DNA from: a virus | Lineage: Duplodnaviria; Caudoviricetes | Length of the DNA stretch: 64,000 bases | Virus record (IMG/VR): IMGVR_UViG_3300044627_003892 | Direction: 5' to 3' (one strand) | Shown here: positions 58,601 to 64,000 of the stretch, in pieces | How the letters are laid out: each line of letters opens with the position of its first letter | Position numbering within the stretch: the stretch's first letter is position 1 | Position numbers and translations under genes: made by a program | Notes under the pieces: generated by a model | The model's database searches: none | What the model was told of the DNA's origin: nothing | The model's input: only the letters and a program-made list of their open reading frames with translations

Positions 58601-58710
58601 TCTTGAGCAATATTTCTATCCCCTACCTGTCCATTAGGTAAATCAACTTTATTAGGGTTAACTACAAAAATGTTTTGATAGTCATTTTCAATATGTATAT
58701 TATCTGCCAT
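52630..58710 (-). CDS. very large baseplate hub-like protein (gp27/gpD/VgrG-like termini) (2026 aa)
   Basis: N-terminal LGITQI...INLEDVRGRALFE...FFNLPYP.F.LT.KGWYG; C-terminal GNVMIQP..YF.L..MP.FGG.Y.ITSVSHSI..GNFETTF.G is typical of hub proteins; follows a gp53/LysM-like gene. Confidence 0.6.
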   Translation of the reverse strand: MADNIHIENDYQNIFVVNPNKVDLPNGQVGDRNIAQEELVMYANLECNLQPRSKLIVGGNNNSQLRTIGLGKINFLKPTGNDYLTTNWTELQSKDLTQQEINGELLGITQISYKANQAYIAEFTINLEDVRGRALFESGNDSIYSAFFNLPYPVFYLTLKGWYGKAIRYQLFLTKFHGAFNSGTGNFEITLSLTAYNFTVLKDIFMTDLYAVPQMYQTDVINNYNSGTLVNNNVTQDFKKSTTFLGYNKIVEVYKKYKSKGLLDKNFPELTIQSLITRLENFINTSLEELGQVSLNPLTDYEKYLKTLEQLNSEIYLYSDSWFNKNLDLSKPFVVKEDTNNFNVYTYLSAGTADITYFSKVYTELTTIIENKVAILNKNQTFGDTGGLYSIPIKKEDIVNSLIPFLDTNNFDIDKTAIKRYGGTTFTDVQRDELKLEIDILVYSDTSFPFIFSVESKNGFSAYIQKITKKLNSYKEELETKLSEQLGELLQSSKGIGFQPTIRNIIGVIMASAEAYLLLLEDVHTKAFNQRESKKRQQSIGGFDKKENEVAPIVYPWPQYLVGKTIDGVEKLEIQYPGDPNYINQTGANDYEAWPEVEFVEEYVKGFIMRDIPATTPQPQEDTNVILRNLISGFDTIPSNIPYSVLEMPNFFFEIMERLQLIVTLNGFSGDLGFNNVLLFLSQTEFANMNESLRYDNGEIINILKYGPYRTITTFNDLLSTFPVSYAKYSNGFLTTQYLIDRVNNSFKILNKDLPEQSQLVGANLTTLVSDTLKNVTYATNSLDIYPFVDLTWCQNNLENGVILNKYLIYSTESSLFYNTYNKKIANYDVNEAIGPLGYNGSLPNLPIVDLKITSNKIISSEVNLNTFYTNRTVDKYIFTEGKITCTNSQLTQSQTTSILNTPYFINAIQEGIENERSGSDHPYISASYLFLNSLPLTTTRERYVFNDLANILAGGVTKKQDFVSTTLKKYSGIHALPLPWIAKLGSIWYRYKNWKENGVDILSNVWNNFDYANNYDPVNGQVNTPYIIQNNTIVLQQDEPSSQGFTLGFYPKLINDFYYLVNGVNLFLSADTTIDIQNKINDAITSKNIWILDSSGTTVGFDIVTTPGSTKMVKISSLSVLVKDIQANKYVITPSFGIYDTETSATSNQLVAEMIDNSSGLPFVRNSLINNNSMYNGSVRLLWGGPNYGYFDTTQFIINPPDKYLKRIYIGSIAIQTPFELFAEDEYDSIEEIFSVFSKDELDMIESVFLNYAKSPNKDTEKEKFYNVIKNILTTDKNPDNSTVANINLIRENQITQQSIILNSHISYNKLISIGNPKKYDKRIFSSVSSNPLLNTIPPGGYINNSLPTSGGTITLADSQLLYPEAWKTLELYVGFSTISQLIYSDDGSFITDFFPTMNIEFTSSNIIYYQNVIKVFATKKLQQYTNGVFDSTSFKTTIDSILTTFDSELSSLFNQTFIQISKSLPSVQKINPYSTQQSNIDGLQSKVEKYEKFKAMNDTWIAGHNYNSETLFEDFLFLDRANRDIGDKIYVDVFKVKDLLKTIDGPVNAIIDSILIQHHFTPFIIPGYINFYGINDPSIDCEPPSGEPVSFANSLFGTFTNVDYQQTKTKYVCMYVDQASKQLENPDTANGYNNDGFDLKRAAQQPLVDSSTGNKVCGLSNKVVGFSVDFGLQNQSIFKNVSVSQDLGKPTSESLYREFEMANLANGTTTSTQNVSLYNLYKLRSYEASVNSFGNVMIQPSMYFILRNMPLFGGTYLITSVSHSISSGNFETTFTGTRMSVFTLPTVDQLLQTIKRELLQNIVQQSKTSQNTISPLPNRTQTEISAIAIENINNQANPSTANCEPSGATFSEYVLTSTTTTTLTYSEIVAYINEYVSDNERKKLIYTLILLENDSGTGLKVYNNNLANIPVSTDIIGGTNKQYIVDKLYICLEINSVSQPYFVFNTPENSVKLLNSRFGRLFKNEVLNFANSVEYAKEFAKCYLKYFPYQTDIDYDKFKETNKTELDKLQDTIKKYFDTELNSL

Positions 58711-59023
58711 AATAGAAGAACTGTTGCTCTAATGCACCTTTATAATCTAATAAGGAATTAATTAAAGGGAATGGTATCGTTAAAACGGCATTATTTGGAA
58801 TATTAATTTCGGAACCACCATATTTACCATTTGCTTGTAAAATTAACCATCCAAAAAAAGGTGTCCCATAATACAATTGTGATATCTTATCTAATCTTGA
58901 TTGTCCAATAATATATATGTGTTTTTTATCGGTTGATTTAGATTGTAAATTAACATATGGTACAACTGTTTGCTGACCATTAACTATAAATCCATCATAT
59001 CTATTATAATATTGTAACGCCAT
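58700..59023 (-). CDS. LysM-like baseplate wedge/tail protein (T4 gp53 / P2 gpX-like) (107 aa)
   Basis: RLDKISQLYYG.P.FGWLILQAN...IP....LTIP. Confidence 0.8.
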   Translation of the reverse strand: MALQYYNRYDGFIVNGQQTVVPYVNLQSKSTDKKHIYIIGQSRLDKISQLYYGTPFFGWLILQANGKYGGSEINIPNNAVLTIPFPLINSLLDYKGALEQQFFYYGR

Positions 59024-62000
59024 TAGTTGAATTGTTTTTTACCAATAAAAAATTGTTTATCGTTATTAGAATTAACCGTAGAAAATAATTCTCGTAAAAA
59101 ATCTAGTTCAGTATAAATAACCCCATTGGTGTCATAATTAAATATTCTGTCAACACCTTTAACTGAATTCCCCCCGTTTGTTGGGTTAAACTCCAAATAT
59201 GGTTTCATCTCGGGACCTTTTTTAAATTCATCAAAACTTTCCACAGTTGCGGTATTCCAACTATTTAAAATACTAGTTATTTCTTCTGTTGATTGGATTA
59301 CAGTAGTTCTTACTTCACCTGAAGTACTCGGTATTAGATTAGTAATTAGAGCGTCAATAAATTGTTGATTTTTTGTACTATCTTTTAAATCATCATAAAA
59401 TAACGTAAATAAAAGATTGTTTGAATTTGCGGTAATCCCTTGAAAACCTCCAGCGGCTAAAGTCGTAAACTGAAAATATGGTGCTCCGCTATTACTCGGT
59501 AAAAATTCTTTTGATGATAGTAAATTATAAAAATTTGTAATCCCTGAAGAAACTATTGCGTAGTCATCACTAAATTTACTGTCGATACTAATTTTATAAC
59601 CTTTTGGTTCACCGTTAGTTAATATTTTCCCATCCAATTCAAGTCCGATAACCGTATTTAATTTAAGAATATTTTGTATATATTCAGCTTGTTTATTAGC
59701 GAAAACCTGAGCGTCAGAATTAACATTTAAAAAAGAGTTATTGATTTTAGTATCAATTAAACTTTTATAATTATCCTTTACTCTTTTAACATCAAGAACA
59801 CCTAATCCCGGTTTGTCAATTAAGGCTTTAATAATAAATTCACTTCCATCATCAATATCGGATTTTAATTGGGTAGCAACTTTATTTAAATTTTCACTAG
59901 TACTACTTGGTTTACCATAAATTTTAGCGGCGTTTATTGTATTACCTGAAAGATTAATATCTCCAATAATATAGTTTCTATCAAATGTCATTTGAGCGTA
60001 AATTCCAAAATTATAATTATTTATTGAACTTTCAATAAAATTTAAAGTTGTTAAAAAATAATCTTGTGTTTGAGTAATATAGTTATCAAAGAAATTTTTA
60101 TACTGAATAGTACCTGTTTGAGTATCACCAGATGGAATTGTTGTTAAAATATCCCCAATTGTTTTAGTTGCTGAAGGTATATTTTGAATATCATTGAATG
60201 TTGCCAACGGTTCCGCTAAAGTAATTGCCGTAAATAAAGCGTCATCCAATGCTGTAGTATCTTCAGTTGCTTCAGCCCTTTCATCATACATTTCAGTATT
60301 TGCATAGTAATTAAATGAAAGAGCATTTTGTAATTTATCAATAGGTCCTTTTAATCCACTACCCCCAATAAATTTAAGACTCATAGTTATTTTTGCAATC
60401 ATTGGTTGTAATCCAATACCTTCAGGATTAATATCTAAATTTTCATATTGTATTTGTATCGTTTCAGGAATTGCCTTTGTATTATAGAAATCACCAACTC
60501 TAATAACTAATACAGGTGGAGTACCAAAATTAGTGTTAAACGTTGATGTTGATGTATCTTGTTCACCTTGCTCATTAATAACAGGTATTGTATTACCGGG
60601 TCTTGCACACTGTTGTATAAAAGTTAATCGACTATTTAATCCTTCAGGAGTAATAGCATGAAATGCTGGTTGAAATAATTTTATTTTATCAGTAATTGAT
60701 GTATATGCAAATGGGTCAGTTTGTTTTAAAACTTCAAAATAATCACATTCATTTAAAAGTTTTGTTCTTAATAATCTTTTACTTAAATTCTTTTTTTGAA
60801 TATCTACAGGAGATGGTGGTTTTGGTAATCCGTTAATTGCGGTTTGATTTGCAATGTTTTCAGAATTAGTACTTGAACCGGCGTTTGCGTTTGACGGATT
60901 TTTAGGTGTTACATTAATACTTTTAAAACTTACATATCTTGAACACATTGCAACAACACTATAAGTTTCAGCATCTCCGTTTAAATCAACATTACAATCA
61001 ACAAATGTTGGCATTCCACTATTGTCTTTAGTTTCAGCATTTGTTAAAAGTAAATTTGAATAAATAAATTTAACTGCCTCACTTTGGATATACTTACCTA
61101 AAGATTCGTTATCTTCAGTTAAATTAGAGAAAAATAATTTTAAAGAGTCAATATACGCTTTGTTATTTGATTCACTTGAATTATCCCCAATACCTGGAAA
61201 TTTAACTCCATTCATTTCTATAACAACTTCACAATTTTGTGATGTTACCGCTTTTAATATTTCACTTCTTAATAGTACTAATTTATCATAGTTTTGAGTT
61301 ATTACTGGAAATAAAAGTGAAGTACCACTTGTATAAACATACCCACTGTAAATTGGTTTTTGGAGCATATACTGATTATAAAGTGTTTCATAATCAGTAC
61401 TTGAAGCGGTATCGGTATCTATTTCCGGAAAAAACGCACCATATCCTTGATATGTAGAGAAATTTGGTAAATCTTTGGCAACTGAATCACCTTCTTTTAA
61501 ATCTGAATTAATTAACGTTGCTTGTTCTGCTGAAGTTTGATTACTTGAGAGAACACTTTCTTGTAATTCTTTAAGGGTATTTAAATCTAATGTCGCAAAT
61601 TTTGCCGCTAATGTATATAAATCAAATTTAGCGGCTCCTGCAAAAAATGATTCAATAACCGAATCTTTCTTTTCAGTTAAATCATTCTGTAATTCTTTTT
61701 TAGCAATCAAATTTAAAACAGAAGGGTGGTCTACAATAATTGAAAATGATAACGAACCGCTCCTACTCGTTTCTTTATATGTGTAAATTGGTTCAGGTCT
61801 ACCTAAAAATGATGTTCCGTCAAAATTAGGAGAAACAGTTTCACCAAATGTTAAATCATATGGTGGAAACCACATTATTCTACCTCCATTAGGTCCTTTT
61901 TCACATCCAGGCAAATCATTAAACAAGGCACTTCCTTTCCAAGCTAAATTTTCAATTGAAAACATGTATTTCTTAACTTGTCCTCCAATAATATTTGTTG

Positions 62001-63753
62001 ACCCTTGTCCTTTCCACGGTGCAATATTTAAATTATATGTAGAATCAAGAACAGAATTACTAAACTTTCTTATGTTACCATTAGTTTCACTACCACTTGT
62101 ATTTGCAACCGTACTTTGTAAATCTTGGTACAACTGATATGGTTTATCTTTGGTAAATAATCTTCCATATTCTTTACCTACTAATTTACCGTTAGTATTT
62201 TCGTATCTAATAACTTTAGAACCTTTTGTTAATTCTTTATATCCATCATTAAAAACTTTTGACATTTGATTAATTGCGTTACCGGCATGTAATCTTCTGG
62301 CTAATCCACTGGTAGGTGCCGAATCAATTAATCTTTGAGTATTATCTAATATTGAACCTCGTTTAAACTCATAATTTAAAGATGATGAATATCTATCACT
62401 TAGATTAAATGCAGTGTTATTACTAAAATCAACACCAAATGATTCACCTTCAGGTCCAAATAAATCACCAAAGTCTTCATCACCTGTTCTTGTCCAAACA
62501 AATCCTCCAACAAGAGTATTATTATCATTTAAACCAAAAGCAAAGTTTTGGTCACCTTCATATAACTTACCAACAGCATCAGGACCTAATACAACTGCAC
62601 CAGTTGGTTCTCCGTACCCATTATCAGGTGTTTGACCTGCGGGTGATGTTGTGTATTTTAATTCGTCTTTACCTCCAACATATAGATTACCACTATCATC
62701 TTGAGAATTTCTTCTCCCAATATCACCAAATATGTTATTTAACACCTGACCAGCTCTTGTGATATTTCTATCATAGTTTGGACTATATCGGTTATATTCT
62801 AAATTAGCAAATAAAATTGATTTTTGGCCACCACCAGTATTTGCTAAAAATTTTACTGAAGCACTACCGTCATTATTACTTAATCTTTGAACATATCTAC
62901 CAAGACCTGTTTTAGGTTGTCTTGGTGAAAAGTTAAAGTAATCTCCTTCAATTGGTGAAAATGGTAAATAGGCACCTGTTATTCTTTGTCCTAAATCAGC
63001 CGTAAAATCTAAAACCCCATCAGGAACTGTAATATGATAATCTAAATAACTTAATTGAATTTGATTAGACGCAAGTAAACTTGATTGTAAAGGATTACTA
63101 TTAATTGATAAGTTATTAGCAACACTTGTTTGTTGTAGTTCTTGAGCAATTCTATATTGAAACGCTTTTCTTAATTCAAGAACGGATATTTGTAATAAGT
63201 ATGAATCTTGTTGTACTAAACTATCACCACCAAAAATCAAATCAGCTAATGAATAATTCCCAACAACAAATGGTAAATTTAATGGATTGTAATCAGTGGT
63301 ACCTCCATTTTTTGCTAAAATTTTTGTATCTGCAAAAAATAACCCTTCATAACCACCGTTGGGAATAAATTTATTACTAACTTCCGCCAAGTTAATCCAT
63401 TGTTCATTAATCAAATCCATATTGGTATCGTTTTGTAACGGCCAATATTCTAATTGATTAGTTGAATTTTCATTTACCTGTCCTGTTGTCTTATTAATAA
63501 AACCTGAAGCGTCTTGGAAACCTCCTGTAGGACCGTATTGATTTGGTATAATTTCTTGTTGAGCTTCAGTAAAAATTTCATTATTAACATTTGGTGAGTC
63601 AATAACTGAGTTGTCAGCAACATTTACCTCATAATATGGGTTAGAAATTGAAGATTGGAAAGCCCCCTCAACATTGTATGGTTTTAGGTTTCTTGTGACA
63701 AGACGATTCCTAAAAAACTCTGAACTTGAATAATCTAAAGCGCTTTCACTCAT
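59023..63753 (-). CDS. large baseplate protein containing a tail-tube-initiator (gp48/gp54-like) domain (1576 aa)
   Basis: WFPPYDL.F.E......F...FLGRPEPIYTY..T.RSGSLSF.I.VDHP and PPVLVIRVGDFY.TK.I...PMIAKITMSLKFIGG; precedes the LysM and hub genes, as in contractile tails. Confidence 0.6.
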   Translation of the reverse strand: MSESALDYSSSEFFRNRLVTRNLKPYNVEGAFQSSISNPYYEVNVADNSVIDSPNVNNEIFTEAQQEIIPNQYGPTGGFQDASGFINKTTGQVNENSTNQLEYWPLQNDTNMDLINEQWINLAEVSNKFIPNGGYEGLFFADTKILAKNGGTTDYNPLNLPFVVGNYSLADLIFGGDSLVQQDSYLLQISVLELRKAFQYRIAQELQQTSVANNLSINSNPLQSSLLASNQIQLSYLDYHITVPDGVLDFTADLGQRITGAYLPFSPIEGDYFNFSPRQPKTGLGRYVQRLSNNDGSASVKFLANTGGGQKSILFANLEYNRYSPNYDRNITRAGQVLNNIFGDIGRRNSQDDSGNLYVGGKDELKYTTSPAGQTPDNGYGEPTGAVVLGPDAVGKLYEGDQNFAFGLNDNNTLVGGFVWTRTGDEDFGDLFGPEGESFGVDFSNNTAFNLSDRYSSSLNYEFKRGSILDNTQRLIDSAPTSGLARRLHAGNAINQMSKVFNDGYKELTKGSKVIRYENTNGKLVGKEYGRLFTKDKPYQLYQDLQSTVANTSGSETNGNIRKFSNSVLDSTYNLNIAPWKGQGSTNIIGGQVKKYMFSIENLAWKGSALFNDLPGCEKGPNGGRIMWFPPYDLTFGETVSPNFDGTSFLGRPEPIYTYKETSRSGSLSFSIIVDHPSVLNLIAKKELQNDLTEKKDSVIESFFAGAAKFDLYTLAAKFATLDLNTLKELQESVLSSNQTSAEQATLINSDLKEGDSVAKDLPNFSTYQGYGAFFPEIDTDTASSTDYETLYNQYMLQKPIYSGYVYTSGTSLLFPVITQNYDKLVLLRSEILKAVTSQNCEVVIEMNGVKFPGIGDNSSESNNKAYIDSLKLFFSNLTEDNESLGKYIQSEAVKFIYSNLLLTNAETKDNSGMPTFVDCNVDLNGDAETYSVVAMCSRYVSFKSINVTPKNPSNANAGSSTNSENIANQTAINGLPKPPSPVDIQKKNLSKRLLRTKLLNECDYFEVLKQTDPFAYTSITDKIKLFQPAFHAITPEGLNSRLTFIQQCARPGNTIPVINEQGEQDTSTSTFNTNFGTPPVLVIRVGDFYNTKAIPETIQIQYENLDINPEGIGLQPMIAKITMSLKFIGGSGLKGPIDKLQNALSFNYYANTEMYDERAEATEDTTALDDALFTAITLAEPLATFNDIQNIPSATKTIGDILTTIPSGDTQTGTIQYKNFFDNYITQTQDYFLTTLNFIESSINNYNFGIYAQMTFDRNYIIGDINLSGNTINAAKIYGKPSSTSENLNKVATQLKSDIDDGSEFIIKALIDKPGLGVLDVKRVKDNYKSLIDTKINNSFLNVNSDAQVFANKQAEYIQNILKLNTVIGLELDGKILTNGEPKGYKISIDSKFSDDYAIVSSGITNFYNLLSSKEFLPSNSGAPYFQFTTLAAGGFQGITANSNNLLFTLFYDDLKDSTKNQQFIDALITNLIPSTSGEVRTTVIQSTEEITSILNSWNTATVESFDEFKKGPEMKPYLEFNPTNGGNSVKGVDRIFNYDTNGVIYTELDFLRELFSTVNSNNDKQFFIGKKQFN

Positions 63754-63768
63754 TGGGTGATTTTATTA

Positions 63769-63775
63769 ATAAATA
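63769..63775 (-). promoter_or_regulatory. TATTTAT intergenic motif
   Basis: 15 nt upstream of ATG 63753. Confidence 0.55.
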
Positions 63776-63793
63776 GAATGACTTGGTATTTTT

Positions 63794-64000
63794 TTATTTT
63801 TTAGATGTCATTCCACCTGAAGTTTTTGTATTGTCAAAATGTTTAACAATATATTGCATCAAGGTTGGATTCTTAGGTAGTTCCTCAACTAACATGTCAC
63901 TTAGTTTATTTCTTGGTGTATCAACAGATACTTTAAAATTAACTGTATGAACAACTTCTTGTTTTTGTGGTTGAGACTGAGGTTGAGTTTGTGTATTTGT
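63794..64000 (-). CDS. 3' end of an upstream gene entering the window (possibly tape-measure-like, by position only)
   Basis: Manual translation ...TQTQPQSQPQKQEVVHTVNFKVSVDTPRNK...GGMTSKK*, open from 64000 to the stop at 63794. Confidence 0.55.
   Translation of the reverse strand, partial: TNTQTQPQSQPQKQEVVHTVNFKVSVDTPRNKLSDMLVEELPKNPTLMQYIVKHFDNTKTSGGMTSKK

Noticed and set aside
12868-63368. Short + strand ORFs and nested minus-strand ORFs (e.g. 46762..47091, 50420..50668, 56851..57153)
   Set aside because: They lie entirely within well-supported minus-strand genes and show no recognisable motifs.
1-64000. Alternative genetic code (stop-codon reassignment)
   Set aside because: The standard code gives long, tightly packed, motif-complete ORFs; TAA, TAG and TGA behave as stops.
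1-64000. Eukaryotic giant virus or bacterial chromosomal contractile injection locus
   Set aside because: The gp32-like SSB, RecA/UvsX, T4-type helicase and exonuclease mixed with contractile baseplate genes in single-strand operons fit a lytic tailed phage.
1-64000. tRNA/rRNA genes or a diversity-generating retroelement
   Set aside because: Intergenic gaps are under about 90 nt with no cloverleaf seen; no reverse transcriptase or adenine-specific TR/VR pair was seen.

Overview
The window is part of a large, AT-rich, contractile-tailed (myovirus-like) dsDNA phage genome. Every credible gene is on the minus strand. A Bacteroidota host is inferred from SprB-like repeats, no obvious Shine-Dalgarno sites, one near-consensus TTTG-N20-TAnnTTTG-type promoter and an SSB ending in DLPF. 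In transcription order (64 kb to 1) the window holds five blocks. (1) Tail-tube-initiator, gp53/LysM-like and hub-like baseplate genes. (2) An inserted replication/recombination block: gp32-like SSB, RecA/UvsX, 5'-3' exonuclease, DnaB-like helicase, nrdB, nrdA. (3) gp25 and gp6/J-like wedge genes plus several large uncharacterised virion proteins. (4) A fibre/adhesin module: SprB-repeat, LamG and PA14 proteins, Pro/Thr-linker proteins. (5) A four-gene glycosyltransferase cassette (GT60/polypeptide-HexNAc-transferase-like, GT25, two HtrL/YibB-like), followed by a 4135-aa protein with about 1250 almost uninterrupted, proline-free Gly-Ser/Thr-Ser triplets. The strongest candidate for a new system is phage-encoded O-glycosylation of the virion. 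It would pair an initiating polypeptide glycosyltransferase and extending enzymes with a roughly micron-scale Gly-X-Y Ser/Thr fibre, mucin-like Pro/Thr linkers and a candidate [S/T]-G-x-[S/T] acceptor motif that is common in outer structural proteins and almost absent from the enzymes. All family calls come from motif recognition by eye; no database searches were run. No tRNA, rRNA, CRISPR array, intron, intein or mobile element was seen.
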